A DNA stretch of 39,159 nt from Alphaproteobacteria bacterium (lineage in GTDB: Bacteria; Pseudomonadota; Alphaproteobacteria; CACIAM-22H2). Location of the stretch: positions 1-39,159 of the forward strand of contig JBIKLI010000002.1 of the NCBI GenBank assembly GCA_044359885.1. The letters run 5' to 3'. The notes under the pieces are model-generated. The model made no database searches. It was not told the DNA's origin and was given only the letters and a program-made list of their open reading frames with translations. The stretch's first letter is position 1, and each line of letters starts with the position of its first letter. Positions 26,942 to 36,936 of the stretch are shown here, piece after piece. Position numbers and translations under genes: made by a program.

Positions 26942-28261
26942 ATGCGCGTGACGATGATCGGCACCGGCTATGTCGGGCTCGTGACCGGCGCCTGTTTCTC
27001 CGAGTTCGGGGTCGACGTGACCTGCGTCGACAAGGATGCGGCCAAGATCGACCGTCTCTTGCGCGGCGAGATGCCGATCTTCGAGCCCGGTCTGGACCAG
27101 TTGGTGGCCAAGAACGTCGCCGCCGGCCGGCTGAAATTCACCACCGACCTGAAGCAGGCGGTTCCCGGCGCCGACGCGGTGTTCATCGCCGTCGGCACCC
27201 CGTCGCGCCGTGGCGATGGCCATGCGGACCTGTCCTATGTGTACGCCGCCGCCGAGGAGATCGGCCGCGCGCTCGCCGGCTACGCGGTGGTCGTCACCAA
27301 GTCCACCGTGCCCGTCGGCACCGGCCGGGAAGTGGCGCGGCGGATTCGCGCGGTCGCGCCGGACGCCCGTTTCGATGTCGTCTCGAACCCCGAATTCCTG
27401 CGCGAGGGCGCCGCGATCTCGGATTTCATGCGCCCCGACCGGGTCGTGATCGGGGCCGAGAGCGAGCAGGCGCGGACGGTCATGCGCGAACTTTACCGGC
27501 CGCTCTATCTGATCGAGACGCCGATCGTCTTCACGTCGCTGGAGACCAGCGAACTCATCAAGTATGCGGCCAACACCTTCCTGGCGACGAAGATCACCTT
27601 CATCAACGAGATCGCCGATCTGTGCGAGAAGGTCGGTGCCGACGTCCACGACGTCGCGAAGGGGATCGGTCTCGACGGCCGGATCGGTCGCAAGTTCCTG
27701 CATCCCGGGCCCGGCTATGGCGGCTCCTGCTTTCCCAAGGACACGCTGGCGCTGGTCAAGACCGCGCAGGATCACGGCAGCCCGCTGCGCATCGTCGAGA
27801 CCGTCGTCGACATCAACGACAAGCGCAAGGCCGCGATGGCCGAGCGCATCGTCAGGGCCTGCGGCGGCAGCGTCGCCGGCAAGACGATCGCGGTCCTGGG
27901 CCTGACCTTCAAGCCGAATACCGACGACATGCGCGACGCGCCGAGCCTCGCGATCCTGCCCTCGCTGCTCGCGGCCGGGGCGCGGGTGCGAGCCTACGAT
28001 CCCGAAGGCATGCATGGGGAAGCGCGCCAGATGCTGCCCGGGGTCGAGTTCTGCACCAGCGCGGCCGAGGCCATGCAGGGAGCCGATGCCATGACCCTGC
28101 TGACCGAGTGGAACGAGTTTCGCGCTCTCGATCCCGGGCGTATCCGCCAATTGCTGCGTCGCCCGACCGTCATCGACCTGCGCAACGTCTATTCGCCCGC
28201 CGACATGGCGGCGGCCGGCATCGACTATCACTCGGTCGGCCGTCCATCCGGCGCTGCGTGA
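26942..28261 (+). CDS. ugd: UDP-glucose 6-dehydrogenase
   Basis: [27 protein letters not shown], catalytic Cys in [12 protein letters not shown], and [14 protein letters not shown]. Confidence 0.93.
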   Translation: MRVTMIGTGYVGLVTGACFSEFGVDVTCVDKDAAKIDRLLRGEMPIFEPGLDQLVAKNVAAGRLKFTTDLKQAVPGADAVFIAVGTPSRRGDGHADLSYVYAAAEEIGRALAGYAVVVTKSTVPVGTGREVARRIRAVAPDARFDVVSNPEFLREGAAISDFMRPDRVVIGAESEQARTVMRELYRPLYLIETPIVFTSLETSELIKYAANTFLATKITFINEIADLCEKVGADVHDVAKGIGLDGRIGRKFLHPGPGYGGSCFPKDTLALVKTAQDHGSPLRIVETVVDINDKRKAAMAERIVRACGGSVAGKTIAVLGLTFKPNTDDMRDAPSLAILPSLLAAGARVRAYDPEGMHGEARQMLPGVEFCTSAAEAMQGADAMTLLTEWNEFRALDPGRIRQLLRRPTVIDLRNVYSPADMAAAGIDYHSVGRPSGAA

Positions 28262-28272
28262 CGGAGATCCGC

Positions 28273-29664
28273 ATGAGCCTGCCGGCCCCCCATCGCTTCG
28301 ATCGATCCGTCCTGCGCGAATACGACATTCGCGGAATCGTCGGGCGGACGCTGTCGCCGGACGACGCCCGCGCGGTCGGACGCGGCTTCGGCACCGCCGT
28401 GCGCGAGCGCGGCGGCCGGCGGGTCGCCGCCGCGCGCGACGGGCGGCTGCACTCGCCCGCGCTCCAGCTGGCCTTGATCGAAGGGCTGACATCGGCCGGG
28501 CTGGACGTGGTCGATGTCGGCCTCGGCCCGACGCCGATGCTGTATTTCGCGGCCCATACCCTCGACGTCGACGCCGGCGTCCAGGTCACGGGGTCCCACA
28601 ACCCGTCCGAATACAACGGCTTCAAGATGCTGATCGGCGGCAAGAGCTTCTGGGGCGACGACATCCGCCGCATGGGCCAGCGTTGCGCGGCCGGCGATTT
28701 CGCGACCGGGACGGGCAGCGTGGCCGCGACCGATGTCGCCGCCGCGTATCTCGAGCGACTGCTGCGCGACTATCGCCCGGGCCGCGCGCTGACCGTGGTC
28801 TGGGACGGTGGCAACGGCGCCGGTGGCGAGATCATGCGGCTGCTGGCCGGCCGGCTTCCGGGGCGCCATGTGCTGCTCAACGAGACCATCGACGGGACAT
28901 TTCCGGCGCATCACCCCGATCCGACCGTCGCCAAGAACCTGGTCCAGCTGCAGGAGGCGGTGCTGCGCGAGGGCGCCGATCTGGGGGTCGCCTTCGACGG
29001 CGATGCGGACCGGATCGGCGTCGTCGACGGGCGCGGCAGGATCCTGTGGGGCGACCAGCTGATGGCCCTGTTCGCGGGCGAGGTCCTGGCCGAGCGGCCC
29101 GGCGCCACCATCATCGCCGACGTGAAGGCCAGCCAGACATTGTTCGACGAGATCGCGCGGCTTGGCGGCAAGCCGCTGATGTGGCGCACAGGTCACTCGA
29201 TCATCAAGGCGAAGATGCACGAGACCAAGGCGCCGCTCGCGGGCGAGATGTCCGGGCATATCTTCTTCGCCGACCGGTGGTACGGCTTCGACGACGCGCT
29301 CTATGCGGCCATCCGGATCCTGTCGATCGTCGCCCGCTCGCCCGACAGCCTGGCGGCGATGCGCGATCGCCTGCCCTCGGTCGTCAACACCCCCGAATTG
29401 AGGTTCCAGGTCGACGAGTCGCGCAAATTCGAGGTCGTCGACGAGGTCAAGGGCCGGCTGCGCACCGCCGGCGCCGTGATGGTCGACGTCGACGGCGTGC
29501 GGGTCAGCACGGCGGATGGCTGGTGGTTGCTGCGCGCCTCCAACACCCAGGACGTCCTGGTCGCGCGTTGCGAGTCGGGCGACGATGCGGGACTGTCTCG
29601 CCTCAAGGCGGCGTTGGTGGCAGAATTGAGCCGGAGCGGTATCGATGCACCGGGGGAGTTGTAG
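28273..29664 (+). CDS. phosphoglucomutase/phosphomannomutase (alpha-D-phosphohexomutase family)
   Basis: Active-site serine loop [14 protein letters not shown], metal loop FDGDADR, and sugar loop GEMSGH. 463 aa; ATG at 28273. Confidence 0.9.
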   Translation: MSLPAPHRFDRSVLREYDIRGIVGRTLSPDDARAVGRGFGTAVRERGGRRVAAARDGRLHSPALQLALIEGLTSAGLDVVDVGLGPTPMLYFAAHTLDVDAGVQVTGSHNPSEYNGFKMLIGGKSFWGDDIRRMGQRCAAGDFATGTGSVAATDVAAAYLERLLRDYRPGRALTVVWDGGNGAGGEIMRLLAGRLPGRHVLLNETIDGTFPAHHPDPTVAKNLVQLQEAVLREGADLGVAFDGDADRIGVVDGRGRILWGDQLMALFAGEVLAERPGATIIADVKASQTLFDEIARLGGKPLMWRTGHSIIKAKMHETKAPLAGEMSGHIFFADRWYGFDDALYAAIRILSIVARSPDSLAAMRDRLPSVVNTPELRFQVDESRKFEVVDEVKGRLRTAGAVMVDVDGVRVSTADGWWLLRASNTQDVLVARCESGDDAGLSRLKAALVAELSRSGIDAPGEL

Positions 29665-29669
29665 GATCG

Positions 29670-30098
29670 ATGCGGTTTTTCTTCTATGGAACGCTGATGG
29701 ATCCGGATGTCCGGGCCATCGTGCTGGGCCGCGAGACTTCTCTCAGCGTCCATGTGCGTGACGCCGTGCTGTTCGACTGGGAGCGGCGGGCGACCAGCGG
29801 GGTCAGCTATCCGATCGTGCAGCCCAGGCCCGGCGAGCATGTCAACGGCATGATCGTGAGCGGTCTGGACACGATGGCGCGGCGCGCGCTGGTCGCGTAC
29901 GAGGGCCCGTTCTTCCAGCTGATGCGCGTCAACGCCTATGTCGCGAACGGCGCGCGCGAGGCGCTCGTGTTCGTGCCGGCGCCGGAAAGCCCGCTGCACC
30001 CGGAACCCGGGACGTGGAGCTACCCGAACTGGGTGATCACCCATAAAAAGACATTCATCGCCGAGCTGATCGCCGAGCGCAACGCCTCGGGCGGCTGA
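29670..30098 (+). CDS. gamma-glutamylcyclotransferase-like (GGCT/AIG2-like) family protein
   Basis: 142 aa. The N-terminal FFYGTLMDPDV (YGTL motif) is characteristic of the AIG2/GGCT fold. The gene starts 5 nt after the phosphohexomutase stop. Confidence 0.65.
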   Translation: MRFFFYGTLMDPDVRAIVLGRETSLSVHVRDAVLFDWERRATSGVSYPIVQPRPGEHVNGMIVSGLDTMARRALVAYEGPFFQLMRVNAYVANGAREALVFVPAPESPLHPEPGTWSYPNWVITHKKTFIAELIAERNASGG

Positions 30099-31370
30099 TC
30101 AGGGCGCGGGCGCGGCCGCGAGGCTGCGGGGCTGCGGGGCGGGGGCGACGACCATGCATGGCAGCCGCCGCGCGCGCAGGACCTCGCAGGCCTCGCGGGC
30201 GGTCGCTGCGCCCAGCCCGGTCAGGCGGGCGCGAATCCGGCTGGCGTCGCGTCCGGCACCACCCACCCGCTGCACGTCGCTCGCCGCCGACTGGAGCAGG
30301 ACAGGCGCCAGTTTTCGGGCCTGCTGGATAGCCCGTTGCGCCTGTTCGGCCTCGGCATAGGCACCGACCTGGATCGACCATGCCGGCCGGGTCCCGACGC
30401 CACCGGATGTTTCGGCCGACCGGGGCATGACGGCCGCCGCGGTCGAACCCTGGGCGACCAGTTCCCCGTGCGGCTGCCCGCTGCGATCTCCCGGCAGCCC
30501 GGCTTCCAGGCCGGGCGCCGGCGGCCTGCGTTCGCGCACCCGGCGGGCGAAGGCCGCGTCGAGGATCTCGCCCATCCGGTCGTCGCGCCAGCCGGCCGAG
30601 GGCCCCCCCATGACCACGCCGATCAGGCGGCGATCGTTGCGCACGGCGGAAGCGGCCAGGTTGAAGCCCGAGGCGTGGATATAGCCGGTCTTCAGCCCGT
30701 CCGCGCCGTCGTACCACTGCATGAAGCGGTTGTGGTTGTGGTGGACGTTGCCCGCGAAGCTGAACTGGCTGGTCGAGAAGAACTGGTAGTGATGTGGAAA
30801 GCCTCGGATGAGGGCGCGGGCGAGCCGCGACAGATCGGCAGCCGTGCTCTGCTGGCCCGGATCGGGTAGCCCCGAGGCGTTGCGAAACGTCGTCCGGCTC
30901 ATCCCCAGCTTGCGCGCCCGCTCGGTCATCTGGGCGGCGAAGGCGGGTTCGCTGTCGGCGAGGTTTTCGGCGGCGACCACGGCCGCGTCGTTGGCCGATT
31001 TCGTGATCAGACCCAGGACCACGTCGCGGACCTGGATCGTCCGGCCGGCCTGCAGACCCAGCTTGGTCGGGCTCTGGCTCGCCGCGAAGGCCGATACCTT
31101 CCACTCGGTGTCGAGGCGGATACGCTTGCGATCGAGCGCCTCGAAGATCATGAACAGGGTCATCATCTTGGTCAGCGAGGCCGGGTAGCGCAGGGCGTCA
31201 GGATGGTCTGCATGGAGGATCTCGCCGGTCTGGGCGTCGACCACGATCGCCGCGTAGCGAGGTTTCGCGGCATTTCGCGCCTTGGCGGCGGCAAGTGCGG
31301 GCTCGGCGATCGCGGCGGCAAGGATCGCGCCGAGCGCGAGGGCGGCCAGGGCGCGGAACGTCGATGTCAT
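30099..31370 (-). CDS. D-alanyl-D-alanine carboxypeptidase (peptidase S11, low-MW PBP) with C-terminal SPOR domain
   Basis: Signal peptide. SLTK (SxxK), SAN (SxN) and KTG motifs. C-terminal WSIQVGAY...IRARLTGL...A...C is SPOR-like. ATG 31370 is preferred; GTG 31397 is the alternative. Confidence 0.85.
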   Translation of the reverse strand: MTSTFRALAALALGAILAAAIAEPALAAAKARNAAKPRYAAIVVDAQTGEILHADHPDALRYPASLTKMMTLFMIFEALDRKRIRLDTEWKVSAFAASQSPTKLGLQAGRTIQVRDVVLGLITKSANDAAVVAAENLADSEPAFAAQMTERARKLGMSRTTFRNASGLPDPGQQSTAADLSRLARALIRGFPHHYQFFSTSQFSFAGNVHHNHNRFMQWYDGADGLKTGYIHASGFNLAASAVRNDRRLIGVVMGGPSAGWRDDRMGEILDAAFARRVRERRPPAPGLEAGLPGDRSGQPHGELVAQGSTAAAVMPRSAETSGGVGTRPAWSIQVGAYAEAEQAQRAIQQARKLAPVLLQSAASDVQRVGGAGRDASRIRARLTGLGAATAREACEVLRARRLPCMVVAPAPQPRSLAAAPAP

Positions 31371-31520
31371 TCTCTGTGTCGACCTCACGAATGCCACCGT
31401 CCTGCCGCAAATCTCGTCCGCTTCTGTGGAAAACTAAAGTCCGGGATTCGGCCTTGTCCAGGAGAAACTCCCACCCGCCGGCGCGCCCGTGCGCAGCCGT
31501 GCGGCTTCGCCAGCCAGGGG

Positions 31521-32225
31521 ATGCCCATGCGTGCCGTGTTTGCCGTTCTTCTTGCCGCGACGCTTGTCGGCTGTGCCGGCGACGACCGCGCCGCGAGCGA
31601 TCCCCTGCGGCGCAGCGCGAGCTGGTTCGCGATCGCCGGCGGCGAAGATCTGCGGATGGCCTGCGTACCGGGTGCGCCCGCCCGGTATCGCTTCCTCTAC
31701 AACGCGGTCTGGGAAGAGCAGGTCCGTCTCTACGAAGTGGTGGCTGACACGGCCGGCGAGGGTGCGGCGCTGCGCGCGACGGTCATCCGGGGGGCGCCAC
31801 GCCTGCTGCAGAGCTACGTTTTCGATCCCGGCGCCAGCCGCGTGGCCGAGACGAGGCTGTCCCCCGAGCAGATGCGCCATCTCGTCGCGGCGCTGGCCGG
31901 CGCCGGTTTCGCTGGCGTCCCGGCGGACGGCACTCGGTTGCTGTCCGGCGACTTCTACTGGCTGGTGAGTGGCTGCGTCGACGGCGCGTGGCACCTGAAT
32001 GCCTGGCGGCGCCAGGATCCCGCTTTTGCGCAGCTGTCCTTCGCCCGGTTGCTGGCCGAACTCGATCCGACCGGGATCCCTGTGAACCCTGTCCGCGCGA
32101 TCGATCCGTCCCACCGTCTTTACAGCCATGGTGGCGGGTCGGGGGAGGGCGGGCAGCCGGATTCGTCGCCTTTCACGCTGGTCATCCGTGCCGGGCGGCT
32201 CTGGGGACTGCCGCCGCTCTGGTGA
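31521..32225 (+). CDS. hypothetical lipoprotein
   Basis: Lipobox LLAATLVGC at residues 10-18; ATG at 31521 or 31527. High GC3 coding pattern. No family recognised. Confidence 0.65.
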   Translation: MPMRAVFAVLLAATLVGCAGDDRAASDPLRRSASWFAIAGGEDLRMACVPGAPARYRFLYNAVWEEQVRLYEVVADTAGEGAALRATVIRGAPRLLQSYVFDPGASRVAETRLSPEQMRHLVAALAGAGFAGVPADGTRLLSGDFYWLVSGCVDGAWHLNAWRRQDPAFAQLSFARLLAELDPTGIPVNPVRAIDPSHRLYSHGGGSGEGGQPDSSPFTLVIRAGRLWGLPPLW

Positions 32226-32244
32226 TTTTGTGCATCGCACAAAA
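32226..32244. promoter_or_regulatory. perfect 19-bp palindrome TTTTGTGC-ATC-GCACAAAA, candidate operator (PhaR-type) upstream of the phasin gene
   Basis: Read directly. It contains a TGC-N3-GCA core. The 11-mer GCAYCGCACAA recurs at 32287-32297, and TGCATCGC recurs at 32263-32270 inside the promoter spacer. Confidence 0.5.
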
Positions 32245-32249
32245 GTGCC

Positions 32250-32277
32250 TTGACGTCCATGCTGCATCGCCTATATT
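32250..32277 (+). promoter_or_regulatory. sigma-70-type promoter candidate for the phasin gene
   Basis: -35 TTGACG (32250-32255), a 16-nt spacer, and -10 TATATT (32272-32277), within one of the few A+T-rich intergenic stretches. Confidence 0.5.
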
Positions 32278-32430
32278 CAGTTTGTTGCACCGCACAAGAC
32301 GCAGCAAGGAGCGACCTGGATGGCCACGAATGATCGCGCTCAACGACGCGCCGCAGCCACACGGAAGCCGGCCATGACCCTCCAGCCGTCATCCCTCCCC
32401 GAATCCCTTCCTCCGAAAGGACAAGCCGCC

Positions 32431-32856
32431 ATGACCAACACTTCCTTCGACGCCGTCGGCACCGCTGCTCGCGAGCAGTTCGAGAAGGCTCACCAGAACG
32501 CGTACAAGTCCTTCGAGGAGATCTCGAAGCTGCAGAAGGACAACTGGGACGCCTTCGTCGCTTCCTCGCAGATCTGGGCCAAGGGCGCCGAGATCATCGG
32601 CAAGGCCTGGATGGGTCTGGCCCAGGAAGCCATCGAGAACGCCGCGACCACCACCAAGGCGCTGGTCGGCGTGAAGAGCCTGCGCGAGGCGGTCGATCTG
32701 CAGACCGACCTGGCCAAGGGAAATTTCGACAAGTTCGTCGCCGAGAGCACCAAGGTCTCCGAGACCATGGTCAAGGTCGCCAACGACGCCATGGAGCCGC
32801 TGGCGGCTCGCATGAACGTCAATGTCGAGAAGATGTTCAAGCCGGTCGCGGCCTGA
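32431..32856 (+). CDS. phaP: phasin (polyhydroxyalkanoate granule-associated protein)
   Basis: 141 aa, helical and low in complexity, matching alphaproteobacterial phasins: FEKAHQNAYKSFEEISKLQKDNWDAFVASSQ...AKGNFDKFVAES. AAGGA lies 9 nt before ATG 32431. The alternative ATG 32320 has a strong AAGGAG SD, but its 37 extra codons have poor GC3 (14 of 37 end in A/T). Confidence 0.85.
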   Translation: MTNTSFDAVGTAAREQFEKAHQNAYKSFEEISKLQKDNWDAFVASSQIWAKGAEIIGKAWMGLAQEAIENAATTTKALVGVKSLREAVDLQTDLAKGNFDKFVAESTKVSETMVKVANDAMEPLAARMNVNVEKMFKPVAA

Positions 32857-32880
32857 GCCGTCTTTCGCGAGCACGGCCGA

Positions 32881-32917
32881 GGGCCCGGGTCGTCCGCGAC
32901 CCGGGCCCTGTTCTTTT
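32881..32917 (+). terminator. Rho-independent terminator of the phasin gene
   Basis: 12-bp perfect stem GGGCCCGGGTCG (32881-32892) / CGACCCGGGCCC (32897-32908), loop TCCG, followed by TGTTCTTTT. Confidence 0.75.
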
Positions 32918-32997
32918 GGCCCTGGTCGCGGGACTGCCCCTTTTCATCGCCATGTCGCGTCCAATATGATCGCGCAGATGGGTGCAGGTTCCGGACA

Positions 32998-33324
32998 ATG
33001 AGCGACGACGATTCCGATCGCGACGACAGGGACCGTGGCGGCGGCGCGCTGCAGACCCAGACGCGGACACGCAAGCCGTCGATGTACAAAGTCCTGATGC
33101 TGAACGACGACTACACGCCGATGGAGTTCGTCGTCCACGTGCTGGAACGCTTCTTCTCGAAGAGCCGCGAGGAAGCCACCCAGATCATGCTGCACGTCCA
33201 TCGCCGCGGCGTCGGCGTATGCGGCGTCTTCACCTACGAAGTCGCCGAGACCAAGGTCAATCAGGTCACGGAATTCGCGCGGCGCAACCAGCATCCGCTG
33301 CGTTGCACCATGGAGAAGGATTGA
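32998..33324 (+). CDS. clpS: ATP-dependent Clp protease adaptor ClpS
   Basis: [24 protein letters not shown]...[28 protein letters not shown], canonical ClpS core, 108 aa. Confidence 0.93.
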   Translation: MSDDDSDRDDRDRGGGALQTQTRTRKPSMYKVLMLNDDYTPMEFVVHVLERFFSKSREEATQIMLHVHRRGVGVCGVFTYEVAETKVNQVTEFARRNQHPLRCTMEKD

Positions 33325-33478
33325 GCCGGTCCGCGCCTTGCGGCCTTCGGCTTCCGGTTCCTGCGGGACCGCACTTTTCGCGCGCCCCCCGCGCCCCATG
33401 TTCTGATAGAGTCCACAGCCGGGTCGGCGTTTCGTCGCCATCGCGGCGGCATCGCCCCGAAATCGGAGCCTGACCGGA

Positions 33479-35803
33479 ATGCTCTCGCGCAATCTCGAAC
33501 AGACGCTTCATCGGGCTCTCGCCCTTGCGAACGAACGGCGCCACGAATACGCGACGCTCGAGCATCTGCTGCTGGCGCTCGCGGAGGACGAGGACGCGAT
33601 CGCCGTCCTGCGCGCCTGCGGCGTCGACATCAAGCGGCTGCAATCGGATCTGCGCGCCTATCTCGACAACGAGCTCAAGGGGCTGATCTCCGATCGCGGC
33701 GGCGAGGCGAAGCCGACGGCAGGTTTCCAGCGCGTGCTGCAGCGCGCCGCCATCCATGTCCAGTCCTCGGGGCGCGAGGAAGTCAGCGGCGCCAACGTCC
33801 TGGTGGCGATGTTCTCGGAGCGCGAGAGCCACGCGGTCTATTTCCTGCAGGAGCAGGACATGTCGCGTCTCGACGCCGTCAACTACATCTCCCACGGCGT
33901 CGCCAAGGTGCCCGGTCGCCAGGAGACGCGCCGGGTGCGGGGCGCCGAAGACGACGCTGCGAACGAGCGCCCGGGCGCGGGCGAGCGGCAGGGCGGACAG
34001 AAGCGGACCCAGGAGGCGCTGGCCGCCTACTGCGTCAATCTCAACAAGAAGGCTTCGCAGGGGAAGATCGATCCGCTGATCGGCCGGACCGCCGAGGTGG
34101 AGCGGACGATCCAGATCCTCTGCCGCCGGTTCAAGAACAACCCGCTCTATGTCGGCGATCCCGGCGTCGGCAAGACGGCGATCGCCGAAGGCCTGGCCCG
34201 CAAGATCGTCAAGGGCGAGGTGCCGGAGGTGCTGCGTCAGGCCGTCATCTATTCGCTGGACATGGGCACGTTGCTGGCCGGCACGCGCTACCGCGGCGAT
34301 TTCGAGGAGCGCCTCAAGGCGGTGCTGTCCGAACTGGAGCAGCAACCCAACGGCATCCTGTTCATCGACGAGATCCACACCGTCATCGGCGCCGGCGCCA
34401 CGTCGGGCGGCTCGATGGACGCCTCGAACCTGCTGAAGCCGGCGCTGGCCTCGGGCACGCTGCGCTGCATCGGCTCGACGACCTACAAGGAGTACCGTAC
34501 GCATTTCGAGAAGGACCGCGCGCTGGTTCGCCGCTTCCAGAAGATCGACGTCAACGAACCCTCGGTCGAGGACACGATCCGCATCGTCAAGGGGCTGAAG
34601 CCCTATTACGAGCAGCATCACAACCTTCGCTACACGAACGAGGCGGTGCGCGCGGCGGTGGAACTGTCGGCGCGCTACATCAACGACCGCAAACTGCCGG
34701 ACAAGGCGATCGACGTCATCGACGAGGTCGGCGCGGCGCAGATGCTGCTGCCGCCCGCGAAGCGCAAGCGCGTGATCGCGGTCAAGGACGTCGAGGCGGT
34801 GGTAGCCAAGATCGCGCGCATCCCGCCGAAATCGGTCTCGACCGACGACCGCGAGGTGTTGCAGAACCTGGAGGCCGAACTCAAGCGCGTCGTCTTCGGT
34901 CAGGACGCGGCGATCGAGGCGCTGGCCGCCGCGATCAAGCTGTCGCGCGCGGGCCTGCGCGACATGGAGAAGCCGATCGGCTCCTACCTTTTCTCGGGCC
35001 CCACCGGCGTCGGCAAGACGGAAGTCGCGCGCCAGCTCGCGCGCACGCTGGGCGTCGAACTCAAGCGCTTCGACATGTCCGAATACATGGAGAGGCACAC
35101 CGTCTCGCGGCTGATCGGCGCGCCGCCCGGCTATGTCGGGTTCGACCAGGGCGGGCTGCTGACCGACGCGATCGACCAGCACCCGCATTGCGTGCTGCTG
35201 CTGGACGAGATCGAGAAGGCCCATCCCGACCTGTTCAACATCCTGCTGCAGGTCATGGATCACGGGAAGCTGACGGACCACAACGGCAAGATCGTCGACT
35301 TCCGCAACGTCATCCTGATCATGACGACCAATGCCGGTGCCGCCGACATGGCGAAGCCCGCTATCGGCTTTGGCCAGGAGGCACGGGTCGGTGACGACGT
35401 CGAGGCGATCAACCGGATGTTCACGCCGGAGTTCCGCAACCGTCTCGACTCGGTCGTGGCCTTTGGCCGGCTCAAGCCCGAGACGATCCACCGCGTGGTC
35501 GACAAGTTCGTGCTCGAACTCGAACGCCAGCTGGCCGACCGCCAGGTCGCCATCTCCGTGTCGGACGAGGCGCGCACCTGGCTCGCCGAGAAGGGCTACG
35601 ACGAATTGTACGGCGCCCGGCCTCTGGCCCGCGTGATCCAGGAGAACATCAAGAAGCCGCTCGCGGACGAGCTTCTCTTCGGCCGGCTGGCGAAGGGCGG
35701 CAGCGTCCGGGTGAAGGTCGAGAACGGGCGGCTGGGCTTCGACTACGGCCCGTCGACGCCGCCGGCGCTGCCGAAGCCGACCGAGAAGCTGCTGGTCGAC
35801 TGA
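33479..35803 (+). CDS. clpA: ATP-dependent Clp protease ATP-binding subunit ClpA
   Basis: N-domain [29 protein letters not shown]. Two AAA+ modules with Walker A GDPGVGKT and GPTGVGKT. 774 aa, directly downstream of clpS. Confidence 0.95.
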   Translation: MLSRNLEQTLHRALALANERRHEYATLEHLLLALAEDEDAIAVLRACGVDIKRLQSDLRAYLDNELKGLISDRGGEAKPTAGFQRVLQRAAIHVQSSGREEVSGANVLVAMFSERESHAVYFLQEQDMSRLDAVNYISHGVAKVPGRQETRRVRGAEDDAANERPGAGERQGGQKRTQEALAAYCVNLNKKASQGKIDPLIGRTAEVERTIQILCRRFKNNPLYVGDPGVGKTAIAEGLARKIVKGEVPEVLRQAVIYSLDMGTLLAGTRYRGDFEERLKAVLSELEQQPNGILFIDEIHTVIGAGATSGGSMDASNLLKPALASGTLRCIGSTTYKEYRTHFEKDRALVRRFQKIDVNEPSVEDTIRIVKGLKPYYEQHHNLRYTNEAVRAAVELSARYINDRKLPDKAIDVIDEVGAAQMLLPPAKRKRVIAVKDVEAVVAKIARIPPKSVSTDDREVLQNLEAELKRVVFGQDAAIEALAAAIKLSRAGLRDMEKPIGSYLFSGPTGVGKTEVARQLARTLGVELKRFDMSEYMERHTVSRLIGAPPGYVGFDQGGLLTDAIDQHPHCVLLLDEIEKAHPDLFNILLQVMDHGKLTDHNGKIVDFRNVILIMTTNAGAADMAKPAIGFGQEARVGDDVEAINRMFTPEFRNRLDSVVAFGRLKPETIHRVVDKFVLELERQLADRQVAISVSDEARTWLAEKGYDELYGARPLARVIQENIKKPLADELLFGRLAKGGSVRVKVENGRLGFDYGPSTPPALPKPTEKLLVD

Positions 35804-35823
35804 GCGCGCAGATACCCAGTCCC

Positions 35824-36936
35824 ATGAGGATCGCGCGCCGTCGGGCCCTCGTGGGTGCCGCCGCCGGCCTCTTCGTCGGGACCGCGACGGCGCGCGCCGC
35901 GTCGCCGCGGTTGCGGGCGACGCCTGTCGCGACAGGGCTCGAGAATCCCTGGTCGATCGCGTTTCTGCCGGACGGGCGGTTTCTGGCCAGCGAGCGGCAT
36001 GGCCGGCTCGGGATCTTCGCACGCGACGGAAGCCGCGAGGACGTCGCCGGGGTGCCGGCGGTCTGGGCGATGGGGCAGGGGGGCCTTCTCGATATCTGCC
36101 TGCATCCGCGGTTCGCCACCAATGCGATCGTCTATCTCGCCTACGCGGCGCCGGTCGCCAATGGCGCCACGACGCGCATCGCCCGCGCCGAACTGCGCCC
36201 CGGTCCGGCGCTCTCGGGGCTGACGCCGATGCTGGATGCCGGTCCGCCGGTCGCAAACGGGTTCCATTTCGGCTGCCGGCTCGCTTTCGGGCCCGACGGC
36301 ATGCTCTATGCCACGGTCGGTGACCGGATGGTCGCCCGGGCCGCGGCCGGCGACCCCGGGGATCTGCGCGGCAAGACGCTGCGCCTGCGCGACGATGGCA
36401 GCATTCCCGCCGACAATCCCCTGGTCGGTCGCCCCGGCGCCCGCGGCGAGATCTTCACCCTCGGCCATCGCAACGCGCAGGGGCTGGCCGTCCATCCGCA
36501 GACCGGTACGCTCTGGTCGCACGAACACGGCGCGCGCGGCGGCGACGAGATCAACCGGCTGGTCCCGGGCGCCGATTACGGCTGGCCGCGCGTCTCGCAT
36601 GGCGTCGAATACTCGGGCGCCGCGATCTCGCCGCATCGCAGCCTTCCCGGCATGGTCGATCCGCTCTGGGTCTGGACACCGTCGATCGCGCCGTCGGGAA
36701 TGGCCTTCTACACCGGCACCGCCTATCCCGGCTGGCGCGGCAGCCTGTTCGTCGGCGCGCTGGCCGGTCAGGCGCTGGTCAGGCTCGAACTGGACGGCGA
36801 ACGTGTCCTGCGCGAGGAACGACTGCTGCGCAACCTGGGCCATCGAATCCGCGACGTGCGCCAGGGCCCCGATGGCCGTCTGCATCTGGCCGTCGATGCC
36901 GCCGACGGCGCCATCCTGCGGCTCGATCCGGCCTGA
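35824..36936 (+). CDS. PQQ-dependent sugar dehydrogenase (soluble aldose sugar dehydrogenase, YliI/Asd-like)
   Basis: Signal peptide MRIARRRALVGAAAGLFVGTATARA. LENPWSIAFLPDGRFLASER, GQGGLLDI, HFGCRLAFGPDGMLY, GHRNAQGLA and YGWP. Confidence 0.85.
   Translation: MRIARRRALVGAAAGLFVGTATARAASPRLRATPVATGLENPWSIAFLPDGRFLASERHGRLGIFARDGSREDVAGVPAVWAMGQGGLLDICLHPRFATNAIVYLAYAAPVANGATTRIARAELRPGPALSGLTPMLDAGPPVANGFHFGCRLAFGPDGMLYATVGDRMVARAAAGDPGDLRGKTLRLRDDGSIPADNPLVGRPGARGEIFTLGHRNAQGLAVHPQTGTLWSHEHGARGGDEINRLVPGADYGWPRVSHGVEYSGAAISPHRSLPGMVDPLWVWTPSIAPSGMAFYTGTAYPGWRGSLFVGALAGQALVRLELDGERVLREERLLRNLGHRIRDVRQGPDGRLHLAVDAADGAILRLDPA

Noticed and set aside
32320-32430. A longer phasin ORF starting at ATG 32320, with an excellent AAGGAG SD 8 nt upstream.
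   Set aside because: 14 of the 37 extra codons end in A/T, against a strongly GC3-biased gene body. The extension (MATNDRAQRRAAATRKPA...) does not look like phasin. It is kept as an alternative start rather than the primary call.
33327-33378. A possible attenuator or terminator hairpin between clpS and clpA (CGGTCCGC ... GCGGGACCG followed by TTTT).
   Set aside because: The stem needs a bulge, the loop is about 28 nt, and the T-tract is only 4 nt. That is too weak to report as a feature.
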